Shown: positions 34,606 through 47,289, counted from the first letter of the whole stretch. The stretch: 63,958 nt of DNA, filler included, from Octopus bimaculoides (GCF_001194135.2; 11 parts of 10 records of this genome joined end to end with filler, not necessarily neighbours in it); one strand, 5' to 3'. Numbers and translations are program-made. Notes: generated by a model not told the origin, from the sequence alone.

Positions 34606-34874
34606 GCCTTTGCATACCTTCTGGAGATGTACTACGGTGTCAGTTGTTCACCACCATGGAACTAAGGTAACATCTCTTATTTTTCGAGCACCTTCCGGAG
34701 TATTCCAGCGGTTCCATGCAGTGATATTTTCTGCAAGTGATTCACCCTTATTGCAGCCACTATTTGTTCCATGTACTTCTCAAGATTTTTATTGGTACTG
34801 CCACCACCTTTTTCATCGACCACAACTGCGTAACCTCCCAAGCTAACTTGTCATATCTATCGACTTTTCTTTCT
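34606..34874 (-). mobile_element. 3' end of an R4/Dong-clade LINE running into (AAT)n
   Basis: RKVDRYDKLAWEVTQLWSMKKVVAVPI..HLQKISLHGTAGILRKVLEK*, ~90-nt UTR, then (AAT)n on the sense strand. Confidence 0.88.
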
Positions 34875-35104
34875 NNNNNNNNNNNNNNNNNNNNNNNNNN
34901 NNNNNNNNNNNNNNNNNNTTAATTAATTAANNNNNNNNNNNNNNNNNNNNNNNNNNNNNNNNNNNNNNNNNNNNGGACAAAAATGCCGCTAAGCATTTTG
35001 TCCGTCGCGCTAAATACTATGTCAGCTTGTCATTTTTATCAAGCAATAACTAATAACATCTAATTATAGGGTTGAAATATCATTTTGGATAGAAAAAGTC
35101 GAAG

Positions 35105-35168
35105 GGCTTCCTATAGGATTCGAGCCTGCATCAACCGCAGACATGATAGGTGTTCTACTATTGGACGA
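35105..35168 (-). pseudogene. tRNA-like remnant or tRNA-SINE head
   Basis: Minus strand TAGTAGAAC...GCAGGCTCGAATCCT (T-arm/B box); acceptor stem does not close. Confidence 0.3.
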
Positions 35169-35484
35169 AAACTATCCTCCGAATTACTCTATCCATTTTA
35201 GAATCTTTGTTTTTACTAATGAGAGCTTGTAAAAAAAAAAAAAAAGAATTATTTCACGTTCTCTCGAAGTTTCTAAATTCTTATGACGTCAACAACGAAC
35301 GTGTTCGTGTACGCCAAGTAGCCAAGCAACCTCTTTAATTTAATCATAAGGCTCCTGGATCGTGCCTGACCTGGAGTTAAACAACAACAACAACACCATA
35401 ACGATTGTTCACAATGCGTTTCTCTGTGTAACAATTGAATTTATTAATTATGGGCCGGCCATATTTAATACTGTGATCACTTAC

Positions 35485-35523
35485 CTCTGCTCCATCATGG
35501 CCGACTTGAGGGTTAACCATCAT
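35485..35523 (-). CDS. Candidate short first coding exon MMVNPQVGHDGAE
   Basis: ATG with an in-frame upstream stop, ends at consensus donor AG|GTAAGT; unique sequence; no homology recognised. Confidence 0.2.
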
Positions 35524-35742
35524 GTGATGAGGTTATGAATTACTAGCGGTGTTTCTAGATATTGAAGTTTGCTCTTTTTGTTTAAATTAATTGATTAATT
35601 ATGCTTGGTCAGAAATTAATTAAGGAATTACAAAGAGATAATTAATTACCTTGTCACATCAAATGTACATTAATTAAAATTATTTTGGCGACGAATAATT
35701 AATTAAATAAATGGACTGGATCATGTATCTTGTACCTGAATT

Positions 35743-35775
<33 letters not shown>

Positions 35776-35829
35776 TACATACATACATACATACATACAT
35801 ACATACATACATACATACATACATACATA

Positions 35830-36310
35830 CTACCCATCTTATCCTCTCCCACTCATCTCTCGACTCGCCATTTCTACTCCTGCTTCTCTCAATCCCTTGG
35901 TCATTCACCTCTCCCTGCTTTATCTCTCCTGTCTCTTCTTGCCCTTCCTCTGTTTCAACACTCTTCCCCTTGAACCACATATTCCTCCTTCCGCCTACTT
36001 CTATTTCCCTTCTTCTTCAACCATTCTACCCTTAAATTCCTTAAATTATGATTTGAAATGTTAGATGCCAATCTCTCCACCCTGAAAACCGAGGCTGGAT
36101 TTACAGTAATGTTTATATGAATCCATTACTGGTTGTATATCCTTGACTTTTTGCACACTCAATTTGCTAACCTTACAATTGTTACATAATTCCGAATCCC
36201 CAGAAACAGCTATCGGTCCTGAAATACCATGCCCTTTCTTCTTAGTTTTCTGTATTTTTTGTACTCCATGTAAATCTCTTCTTTTGATTATTCTGTTTTA
36301 TCGATCAGGA
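35830..36310 (+). mobile_element. Possible PLE terminal-repeat remnant with decayed hammerhead
   Basis: Pyrimidine-rich tract, ACC-CTGAAAA...GAAACAGCTATC-GGT. Confidence 0.35.
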
Positions 36311-36399
36311 TTAACCTAGAAAGGAACAAGAGCAACTAATAAAATCTCATCTAGTGTGGAGCTCAACGCCTGAAATTTCTCTCTTTTTTTTTTTTTTGA

Positions 36400-36582
36400 T
36401 GTAGGGTCCGGAACGAGTTGATTACATCGACCCCCAGTGCTTAAATGGTATTTATTTGATCGAAGCCCTGGAGAATGAAGGACAAAGACAGCCTCAGTGG
36501 CATATAAAGTCAGAACATAAAGCCGGAACGAAGTGCCGCTAAGCATTTTAACTAACCTCTTAACTGTTCTGCCAGCGCGCCA
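36400..36582 (-). mobile_element. SINE family 2 copy
   Basis: Homologous to 5940-6492 and 42765-42946. Confidence 0.75.
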
Positions 36583-36789
36583 CTTTTCAACATCTACAAA
36601 TAAATATATTATAGACAATATGCAAATGTTTATCAAGTCAGCTGCTAACGTAAGTTGGAGAAAACCAGATAGATCGCTTGATAAACAAAATGTCGACCTG
36701 AGATCGCAGATAAATTAACATTATGAGAAAGAGTAGCAGATACAATGAGGAAAAATCGAATTCCTATATCGAAATCTTATAAATTCCTA

Positions 36790-36950
36790 TAAACAAAATC
36801 AAAGAAAGTAATATGTTTTGGATCAACGTCTTAGACTGTAGGAATAAAAAGTCAGAACGAACACAAGACTTTCGAGTTGTTATTAACAAACATTTCCCAT
36901 AAGACCAACATGTATCAGAAGCCATTTAGTGTAAACACCGCTTTAATGGA
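36790..36950 (+). mobile_element. Highly decayed Naiad-like PLE fragment
   Basis: MFWIN..QDFRVVINKHFP resembles IWFIVPF..QFREVISRYFP of the 12-14.5 kb element. Confidence 0.4.
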
Positions 36951-37078
36951 AATTAACCCGGAGAGATAAATTCTTAATTGCTTCAAAATTATCTCCTTTT
37001 TTTTCCTTCACATTTGCTCAAAATTACCATTAAGTTCTGACTTTCTCTAAGTATGTGTGTGTATGTATGTATACATGT

Positions 37079-37116
<38 letters not shown>

Positions 37117-38441
37117 ACACTAATTCTAGGATGGAATTCATAAATATTTAATACGTCCCTACGCGCGTTACCATAAACGAATTTAAAAGATATATATATA
37201 TATATATAAATATATATCGTGGCACTCCGTCAGTTANNNNNNNNNNNNNNNNNNNNNNNNNNNNNNNNNNNNNNNNNNNNNNNNNNNNNNNNNNNNNNNN
37301 NNNNNNNNNNNNNNNNNNNNNNNNNNNNNNNNNNNNNNNNNNNNNNNNNNNNNNNNNNNNNNNNNNNNNNNNNNNNNNNNNNNNNNNNNNNNNNNNNNNN
37401 NNNNNNNNNNNNNNNNNNNNNNNNNNNNNNNNNNNNNNNNNNNNNNNNNNNNNNNNNNNNNNNNNNNNNNNNNNNNNNNNNNNNNNNNNNNNNNNNNNNN
37501 NNNNNNNNNNNNNNNNNNNNNNNNNNNNNNNNNNNNNNNNNNNNNNNNNNNNNNNNNNNNNNNNNNNNNNNNNNNNNNNNNNNNNNNNNNNNNNNNNNNN
37601 NNNNNNNNNNNNNNNNNNNNNNNNNNNNNNNNNNNNNNNNNNNNNNNNNNNNNNNNNNNNNNNNNNNNNNNNNNNNNNNNNNNNNNNNNNNNNNNNNNNN
37701 NNNNNNNNNNNNNNNNNNNNNNNNNNNNNNNNNNNNNNNNNNNNNNNNNNNNNNNNNNNNNNNNNNNNNNNNNNNNNNNNNNNNNNGTGTGTGTGTGTGT
37801 GTGTGTGTGTGGTGCATGCGCGCGAATATATATATATATGCGTATTGTCCTTCCCCTCGAAACACAGAGTAGATGGAACAGGGACAACTGACGAAAGGGT
37901 ATACTCTTTATGTTGCATGTCTCGTTTCTCTGTTTGTTTTTTTCGTTTTCTGTTTTCATTTCTCATTGTGTTTAACGTTTTTTTGATGTCCTGTAGCCAC
38001 ATATCCATGTATGTACATACCTACATCTATATGTATCCATGTATGTATACATATAGATGTAGGTATGTACATATATGTATGGATATATGCATATATTTAT
38101 ATATCATTTATATTATTATATGATCGAACGCCACAGATCCTTTTCCAAGTAAGTTATATATANNNNNNNNNNNNNNNNNNNNNNNNNNNNNNNNNNNNNN
38201 NNNNNNNNNNNNNNNNNNNNNNNNNNNNNNNNNNNNNNNNNNNNNNNNNNNNNNNNNNNNNNNNNNNNNNNNNNNNNNNNNNNNNNNNNNNNNNNNNNNN
38301 NNNNNNNNNNNNNNNNNNNNNNNNNNNNNNNNNNNNNNNNNNNNNNNNNNNNNNNNNNNNNNNNNNNNNNNNNNNNNNNCACCTACACACCACAGATTTT
38401 TGCATAATTTTATTTTCTATCTTTTTTTGTTTTTGTAGTGG

Positions 38442-38473
<32 letters not shown>

Positions 38474-38529
38474 TGAAAGTGGTGATGGTAGCTGTAGGAG
38501 GGGGCCTGTACCTTCTCACGCTTCATGTT

Positions 38530-38820
38530 TCCTTCTCTCACTCACTCTCTTTTTGTGTGTCCCCCTCTCTCTCTATGTCTCTCTGACTCGCTCTCTCTGT
38601 TCCTCTCTCTCTCACTTTAATTCTCATTCTCTCTCTCTCTTTCTTTCACTCACTTTTTCACTCATTCACTCACGCACTCACTCTCTCTCTCTCTCTCTCT
38701 CTCTCTCGCACACACAAGCACACACATTCTCTCTTTCTCCCTCTGTATTCCCCTCTCTCTCTCGCTCTCTCTCTCCCTATCTCTGTCCACCCTATCGTTC
38801 TCACTTTTCTCTCTCCCCCA
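38530..38820. repeat. (CT)n-rich low-complexity tract
   Basis: Direct reading. Confidence 0.9.
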
Positions 38821-39103
38821 CCCCACCGTTCTGTTATTAAAAATTACACATCATCTCTAGAATCTGTGTTAGACCATTTAGTCTGCACCTCTACCCCTGC
38901 CTATCACCACCACTACCACCACCACCACCACCACTGCGACCACACCCTCCCAGGTACCTGGTAAACCTCTCGATTAATGAGGTTTTCTCATGAACAAAGC
39001 CTGGCTATGATTCACGGTATCCATGGCAGCACGCTGCTTTGCCCACTGCGATATTAGCCAAATATCGAAGGCAACACGTAATAATAATAATAATAACAAT
39101 AAC

Positions 39104-39141
<38 letters not shown>

Positions 39142-39214
39142 GGGATTCTGTTATTTGCCACAAGGGTGGCAGGTGAGTGAGCAATAGAATAATAAATTAC
39201 ACACACACACACAC

Positions 39215-39492
39215 ACAAAAAAAACGGTTGGTTTTTATGCAGAATATGAGAAAATAGATAGCGAAAAATATCAGAAAAGATTTTTAAATTAAACAAAAAA
39301 TTATTTTTAAAAAAGCAGTAAAATGGCTCCAATAGGAAAAGTGGAATCGCTTGTATATTTGTTTGAAGGGCATTCAGAAAAAGAATGGGTTGGAGTATAT
39401 ATTTCGTGTGGTGCTTTTTCATTTCGATATATTTCGGCCAAAAATTGGCTCAAGCCATGGCGAACTCAATGGCACTAGCTGGTAAAAGGTTA
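39215..39492. mobile_element. Possible piggyBac-like terminus
   Basis: Ends GCTGGTAAAAGG-TTAA; no partner end seen. Confidence 0.3.
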
Positions 39493-39745
39493 AAGATCTT
39501 TCTTACCATCATCACCACCACCACTACCACCACCACCAGCACCGTCCCCATAAAGAAAGATAAAAGACATAAGCATGTACCCTATAACCTTTGCTGCCAT
39601 TAGGGTCTCTGAGCGGAATTTTTGACAGAGGTTACATGGTTTCTTTCAGTGTTGGGTTGTCCTTCCCATCAGTCAATTCCTGTCTTCAGTATATGCAAAA
39701 CATTCTTTGAAAAACCAGAAAATATCCAAACTTGGATACAAAGTA

Positions 39746-39913
39746 CCGTATTTTAACGTATATAAGGAACCCCCTAATTTGGGGGACTTAAAATTTGGAG
39801 AAAACGGTTTTGTAAGGGATTATAATGCTGTCCATGTATAAGAAACTCCCATATTTTTTTCACCTAATTTTTGATAAAAAAAAAGGGGGTTCCTAACACA
39901 CGTTAAAATACGG
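39746..39913. mobile_element. 168-bp Tc2/pogo-like MITE
   Basis: TA on both sides; 28-bp TIRs CCGTATTTTAACGT...AGGAACCCC matching 25/28. Confidence 0.9.
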
Positions 39914-39933
39914 TACCCCTTGTATCATACTCT

Positions 39934-40260
39934 GTGAAGGTACGTGGCTCAGTGGTTAGGGTATTGAGCTTACAATCGTAAAGCCGTGAGTTCGATTCTC
40001 GGTGACGCATTGTGTCTTTGGGTAAATCTCTTTATTTCACGTTGCACCAGTCCACTAGACTGGCAAAAATGAGTTGTACCTGTAATTCAAAGGGGCCAGC
40101 CTTGTCATATTTTGTGTCACGCTGAACTTCTCTGAGAACTAAGGTAAGGGGTACGCTTGTTTGTGGAGGGTTCAGCCACTTGCGCGTTAATTTCATGAGC
40201 AAACTGTTCCGTTGATCCCATCAACTGGAACCCTCGCCGTCGCAACCCACGGAGTACCAG
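39934..40260 (+). mobile_element. tRNA-derived SINE family 3, full length
   Basis: A box TGGCTCAGTGG, B box AGTTCGATTC; 14-bp TSD TTGTAYCATACTCT at 39920-39933 and 40261-40274. Confidence 0.9.
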
Positions 40261-40344
40261 TTGTACCATACTCTCATATTGTGTGAAGTCAAGTAAATTG
40301 CAGGTACTTTAATTTATTAGCCGGTTATACTAGACCAGTATATA

Positions 40345-40705
40345 TAACTGGTACTTTAATTTATAGATTATACAGGAAATATCAAAAAAATGAAAAATCG
40401 TGACCTCGTTGGGATTTGAACCCAGAACGTAAAGGCGTTTAACTACATACTGAAAACTGTTTTGTCAGGTGCTCTAACCTTTCTGCCCATCAAATGCTCT
40501 TCTGCCATTGAATACTCATTGTAGCAATCGATTTAATCGATCAAATATTGACTTGGTATTATTTTACATCAGTTCGGAAAAAGATAAAAGAAAATGTTTT
40601 GTTCCCTGCGGGAATCGAACTCAGAACGCGATGAGATGTAACGAATTACCGGAAAATAGCTATTCGTCATTTCAATGACGTTGTCCATCCACTCTGCCCG
40701 CCCGC
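40345..40705 (-). mobile_element. Two decayed family 2-like SINE heads
   Basis: GGATTTGAACCCAGAACGT and GGAATCGAACTCAGAACG modules. Confidence 0.55.
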
Positions 40706-40987
40706 TGCTCACTATTAACGGTAATAATCGAGCTCAAGGGATATAAAAAGGATGGGAAAAGGATCGATGGATGGGCGGTGATGACTCCACCTTGTTAATA
40801 ATAAATTAATTTCTGAACCACAATAGGAGCAACAATGGTAAGTTTCCTGACTTCTAGACCGGACTAAGAGAATGACGAATCTATATTCGGATTGATTTTT
40901 CGAATGTCTATATATATGTGTGAGCATGTCTGTGTATGTGTGAGTGTATATATATATACGTATATATATATTATGTATGTATGTATG

Positions 40988-41038
<51 letters not shown>

Positions 41039-41293
41039 CAAATGGACAAAGAATTTNNNNNNNNNNNNNNNNNNNNNNNNNNNNNNNNNNNNNNNNNNNN
41101 NNNNNNNNNNNNNNNNNNNNNNNNNNNNNNNNNNNNNNNNNNNNNNNNNNNNNNNNNNNNNNNNNNNNNNNNNNNNNNNNNNNNNNNNNNNNNNNNNNNN
41201 NNNNNNNNNNNNNNNNNNNNNNNNNNNNNNNNNNNNNNNNNNNNNNNNNNNNNNNNNNNNNNNNNNNNNNNNNNNNNNNNNNNNNNNNNNNNN

Positions 41294-41333
<40 letters not shown>

Positions 41334-42039
41334 GCGTTCGACCATAGAGGATGTAAGTGGAATTTTCTTATTAAATGCCGCAATGTTGAGGATTAGTGGA
41401 ACTTTTCAAAGCAGGCAGTTCCAAAAGCGGGCAGTTCCGAAACGAGCACCTTTATCAGGCAGCCATAAATGCAATATTGGATGGCTATTCTTTAAGTTCT
41501 AAGTTCAAATCTTGCCGAAAGTGATTTTGTCTATCGTCTCACAGAGATCGATGAAATAAAATATCAAAGACAACTGCTTGCGTAAGTGTAATCGATTGTA
41601 TTCTTCGCTAAAAATGCTTGGTTTTATGGAAGTTTCACTTTCTAAATCAATATTTGTTTCGCTTCTTCGAATTACGTTTTGTGTTCGAAGAATCGATACC
41701 AAAATATAGAATCTTGGGAGATTCTTTTATCTTTTATTTTTTATTTTTTTATATATTTCAGACTGCGGCCATACTGGGGCACCGTCTTGGAGGGTTTTGG
41801 CGAACACATCGACTAATACTGATTCTATCGGTCTCCTCTGCCGAACTGCTAGACAACAGCAGCCTTAAACAAATTAACACCGGTTGTCAAGTAATGGTGG
41901 CGCACAATCACAAGAACACAAGGGCACACACGCACACACACGCGCACACATGCACATACACACATACATACATTGCCATATATTTCCACAAACGCTGATC
42001 CAGCATGACCACAACCTTAGGGCTGAAAGGTATAAAATA

Positions 42040-42084
<45 letters not shown>

Positions 42085-42184
42085 NNNNNNNNNNNNNNNN
42101 NNNNNNNNNNNNNNNNNNNNNNNNNNNNTTAATTAATTAANNNNNNNNNNNNNNNNNNNNNNNNNNNNNNNNNNNNNNNNNNNN

Positions 42185-42248
<64 letters not shown>

Positions 42249-42659
42249 ACACACAGGTGTGACTTTAGAAATGTCTTGTTCGTCTTAACTGTTTCAATTA
42301 CAGGATGTATTCAGAATTTTAGTAGGTCACTATCTCTGTCTAAAAACCCACCCCGGCCTTTCAAGAATGTCACTTAAACATTTGCTTATATGACTCATCA
42401 CACCTGTAGTGATAAAGGAAAATGTGAATTTATATTCAAAGTCAAAATATCGTAGTGTTGTCCATAAATATCTCCATTCTCACTGATTTTTGAACAAGTG
42501 TTCGTATCTGCAGTACAACTGAACTTTGTGAATGTTAATGATTTTTCTTTTATGCGCCAAAGAACTATATTAAGCCTGTTATGTTTAAACATAGCTGAAT
42601 ATTTTGTAAGAAAGCTCTGTTAGTCTACCTTGTGTGGATATATGTAAATATGTGTGTCA

Positions 42660-43140
42660 GCACAGACATGGCTGTGTGATAAGAGGCTTGCTTCCTAACC
42701 ATATGGCTCCAGGTTCAATCCTACTGTGTGACACCTTGGGCAAGCGTCTTCTACAATAGCAATTTTGGGGGAAGGGATAAGTCAATTACATTGACCCCTG
42801 TGTTCAGGTGGTATTTGTTTTATCAACCCTGAAAAGATGAAAGCAAAGCCCACCTTAACAGAATTTGAACACAGAATGTAAAAACAGATAAAATGTTAGT
42901 AGGCATCTTGTCTGGCAGGCTAACAATTCTGCCAGCTCACTGCCTTACACCTTTATGTTAATATTAGCATCATCAAGGTAGCAAGCCGGCAAAATTATGA
43001 GTGCGCTGAACAATATGCTTAGCAGCATTTCATCCATCTTTACATTCTGAGTTCAAAATCCAAACCTTTGCCTTTCATCCCTTTGGGGTCCATAATATAT
43101 GTACAAGTTGAGCACTGATGTAATCAACTTATCCACTGCC
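42660..43140. mobile_element. SINE cluster: family 1 head (+), family 2 (-) and family 2 (+) head-to-head
   Basis: Heads at 42946 and 42975 are inverted copies (17/22) separated by 28 bp. Confidence 0.8.
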
Positions 43141-43593
43141 CCCATAATTCCTGGCTTTGTGCCATAATTTGAAACCATTTTTAATATCATTTGCAAGTTT
43201 GCAGGAACCATACACATATTTAAACGTATTGTTGTATATAGTGTTTCTTCTCCAGGTATTTGATGAGGTGTGTTGGTCAAACAAGTCTGTGATCATTCCA
43301 TTGCAAAGTCCAGTCCTTATTGCGATTATAAGAATATAAATAAAACATGAAAAACAGAGTTGGAATTCCTTTGAATAATATATTTCTCTATACACAATCA
43401 TACACACCCCTTTATANNNNNNNNNNNNNNNNNNNNNNNNNNNNNNNNNNNNNNNNNNNNNNNNNNNNNNNNNNNNNNNNNNNNNNNNNNNNNNNNNNNN
43501 NNNNNNNNNNNNNNNNNNNNNNNNNNNNNNNNNNNNNNNNNNNNNNNNNNNNNNNNNNNNNNNNNNNNNNNNNNNNNNNNNNNNNNNNNNNNN

Positions 43594-43651
<58 letters not shown>

Positions 43652-44224
43652 TACATACATACATATGTGTATGCATGCATGCATGTATGTATGTATGTAT
43701 GTATGTATGTATTATGTAGGTATATATGTATACATGTAGTACCCAAACCTGCAAGGGAGAATTTTAAATGACTTTTTACCCTTGAGTCACTCTGTAGATT
43801 CTGTAGATTATCGATGCATATAAATTTATATAGAAGTAGCAATGCTAACAGTGTTAAGAAACGAATAAATTTTAGCATAGTTAAAATATGTCACAAATAT
43901 ATTTGAACTTGTAAAGACAGTTTCACTGCAATTTACTGTGGCTAAAACGTTCACACTTATGGTAAAAAAAGTATAAAAACACCTTACCTCCTCAATTTCG
44001 CCTATATATGGTTCTGGCACCTTAGCCTTTCTCAGCAGGAGATACCGTAGAGAAATAACGAACATATTTGAACTAAAAGATTATCTCTCACCACTCCTTA
44101 CGCGCTGCTACTACTATATAGACTGTGATCAACGATCTAAAAGTGTAAACCAGTCACTAAACCATGGCTTTCTTATCTACTCAGGGTTATCCTCCCTTTA
44201 TTCTCTCTGTCTCTCTCTTTCTCT

Positions 44225-45579
44225 AGCGACACTCCACCTGCATCCAATGAGGAGGACTGCTTCACCGACCTGAACCGCCGACCATCCCAGTGGACGCCAG
44301 CTCCTGGCCAGTTCCAAGCAGTCGATCTTTTTTGCGNNNNNNNNNNNNNNNNNNNNNNNNNNNNNNNNNNNNNNNNNNNNNNNNNNNNNNNNNNNNNNNN
44401 NNNNNNNNNNNNNNNNNNNNNNNNNNNNNNNNNNNNNNNNNNNNNNNNNNNNNNNNNNNNNNNNNNNNNNNNNNNNNNNNNNNNNNNNNNNNNNNNNNNN
44501 NNNNNNNNNNNNNNNNNNNNNNNNNNNNNNNNNNNNNNNNNNNNNNNNNNNNNNNNNNNNNNNNNNNNNNNNNNNNNNNNNNNNNNNNNNNNNNNNNNNN
44601 NNNNNNNNNNNNNNNNNNNNNNNNNNNNNNNNNNNNNNNNNNNNNNNNNNNNNNNNNNNNNNNNNNNNNNNNNNNNNNNNNNNNNNNNNNNNNNNNNNNN
44701 NNNNNNNNNNNNNNNNNNNNNNNNNNNNNNNNNNNNNNNNNNNNNNNNNNNNNNNNNNNNNNNNNNNNNNNNNNNNNNNNNNNNNNNNNNNNNNNNNNNN
44801 NNNNNNNNNNNNNNNNNNNNNNNNNNNNNNNNNNNNNNNNNNNNNNNNNNNNNNNNNNNNNNNNNNNNNNNNNNNNNNNNNNNNNNNNNNNNNNNNNNNN
44901 NNNNNNNNNNNNNNNNNNNNNNNNNNNNNNNNNNNNNNNNNNNNNNNNNNNNNNNNNNNNNNNNNNNNNNNNNNNNNNNNNNNNNNNNNNNNNNNNNNNN
45001 NNNNNNNNNNNNNNNNNNNNNNNNNNNNNNNNNNNNNNNNNNNNNNNNNNNNNNNNNNNNNNNNNNNNNNNNNNNNNNNNNNNNNNNNNNNNNNNNNNNN
45101 NNNNNNNNNNNNNNNNNNNNNNNNNNNNNNNNNNNNNNNNNNNNNNNNNNNNNNNNNNNNNNNNNNNNNNNNNNNNNNNNNNNNNNNNNNNNNNNNNNNN
45201 NNNNNNNNNNNNNNNNNNNNNNNNNNNNNNNNNNCAGTCCGACCCCTCCACTGCGCACATCTTCCCTAACCGACCCCTCTCCACCTTCAAACGAACCCAC
45301 AACCTACGTGACCTCTTGGTCCACAGCTTCTTCCCTAACCCAACCTCCCAACCCGGCTCGTTCCCCTGCTCCCGCCCACGCTGCCGCACATGCCCTTACC
45401 TCTCCAACACCACCCTTCTCACAGGCACCCATCATCGATCCTATCATATCTCTGACTCCTTCACCTGCACTTCTAGCAATGTCATCTACTGCATCTCCTG
45501 CTCTCTCTGTCCTTCTCTATGCATCGGTCAAACGGGACGTCGCTTGGCTGACCAGTTCGCGGAACACCTCCGAGACATC
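44225..45579 (+). mobile_element. Penelope-like element, Neptune/Poseidon-like; N-terminal stub and GIY-YIG endonuclease, RT in gap
   Basis: RRPSQWTPAPGQF; FKRTHNLRDLLVHS, CSRPRCRTC, FTCTSSNVIYCISCSLCPSLCIGQTGRRLADQFAEH. Confidence 0.85.
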
Positions 45580-45679
45580 NNNNNNNNNNNNNNNNNNNNN
45601 NNNNNNNNNNNNNNNNNNNNNNNTTAATTAATTAANNNNNNNNNNNNNNNNNNNNNNNNNNNNNNNNNNNNNNNNNNNN

Positions 45680-45724
<45 letters not shown>

Positions 45725-45744
45725 TATATATATAAGGGTTATCT

Positions 45745-45860
45745 TTGTGTCTATATTTGTCCCCTACAACCGCTTGACAACAAGCGTTGCTGTGTTTATG
45801 TCATGGTATCCTAACTGTTCAGCAAAAGACAACGATAGAGTAAATATCAGGCTTCAAGAA
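45745..45860 (+). mobile_element. Decayed SINE family 1 3' half
   Basis: TTTGTCCCC..GCTTGACAAC..GCAAAAGA..GATAGA modules. Confidence 0.6.
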
Positions 45861-46192
45861 AAAGCAACAGGTATTAGTGGCTGTCGTTAGTCTGTGAGGG
45901 GACTCAGCCATCCATGGTCGCCGTCTAATGCCTGATATAAGTAAGAAATAAAAGATACAAATTGACAGTCAATTGAATAATTGACCGAGAATTCTTCATT
46001 GTGCGACAATTGTGTTCTATTGAGTGTTTTCTGAATATTCCGAAAGGTCTCCCAATATTTCAAAATTTCATATTAGTTCGAAAAGACTAAGGCGAGTGAT
46101 CATGTTGTAGATTTTTATTTGTCCAAGTCGATGGTTAAGTAATCTGCAAATGCTCCCATTACTCATTATTCTATTATTCGTTTATTTATTTC

Positions 46193-46585
46193 AGTCATTT
46201 GACCGCCGGCGTGCTGGAGCCCCGCCTTTGGTCGAATAAATCGACTCCAGCAATCATTCCTTGTAAACCTAGTAACTTATTCTATCGGTTGTTTTATCGA
46301 ATCGCTAAGTTACGGGGACATAAAGACACCAACATCGTTTGTAAAGTGTTGGTTGGAGACAAACACAGACACACACACAGGCATACACACACACAGGCAT
46401 ACACACACACATTCACACATATATATATACGGCGGGCTTTGTTTCAGTTTCCGTCTACTAAATCCACTCACAAGGCTTTGGTCGGCCCGAGGCTATAGTA
46501 GAAGATAGTTGCCCAAGATGCCACGCAGTGGGACTGAATCCGGAACCATGTGGTTGGGAACAAAGCTTTTTACCATAAAGCCACT
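46193..46585 (-). mobile_element. SINE family 1, near full length
   Basis: Colinear with 6050-6460. Confidence 0.9.
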
Positions 46586-47250
46586 NNNNNNNNNNNNNNN
46601 NNNNNNNNNNNNNNNNNNNNNNNNNNNNNNNNNNNNNNNNNNNNNNNNNNNNNNNNNNNNNNNNNNNNNNNNNNNNNNNNNNNNNNNNNNNNNNNNNNNN
46701 NNNNNNNNNNNNNNNNNNNNNNNNNNNNNNNNNNNNNNNNNNNNNNNNNNNNNNNNNNNNNNNNNNNNNNNNNNNNNNNNNNNNNNNNNNNNNNNNNNNN
46801 NNNNNNNNNNNNNNNNNNNNNNNNNNNNNNNNNNNNNNNNNNNNNNNNNNNNNNNNNNNNNNNNNNNNNNNNNNNNNNNNNNNNNNNNNNNNNNNNNNNN
46901 NNNNNNNNNNNNNNNNNNNNNNNNNNNNNNNNNNNNNNNNNNNNNNNNNNNNNNNNNNNNNNNNNNNNNNNNNNNNNNNNNNNNNNNNNNNNNNNNNNNN
47001 NNNNNNNNNNNNNNNNNNNNNNNNNNNNNNNNNNNNNNNNNNNNNNNNNNNNNNNNNNNNNNNNNNNNNNNNNNNNNNNNNNNNNNNNNNNNNNNNNNNN
47101 NNNNNNNNNNNNNNNNNNNNNNNNNNNNNNNNNNNNNNNNNNNNNNNNNNNNNNNNNNNNNNNNNNNNNNNNNNNNNNNNNNNNNNNNNNNNNNNNNNNN
47201 NNNNNNNNNNNNNNNNNNNNNNNNNNNNNNNNNNNNNNNNNNNNNNNNNN

Positions 47251-47289
<39 letters not shown>

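Noticed and set aside
37855-37900. CCCTC-GAAAC-ACAGA-GTA...CTGACGA-AAGGG as a type II hammerhead
   Set aside because: Stem I cannot form and stem II needs a repair.
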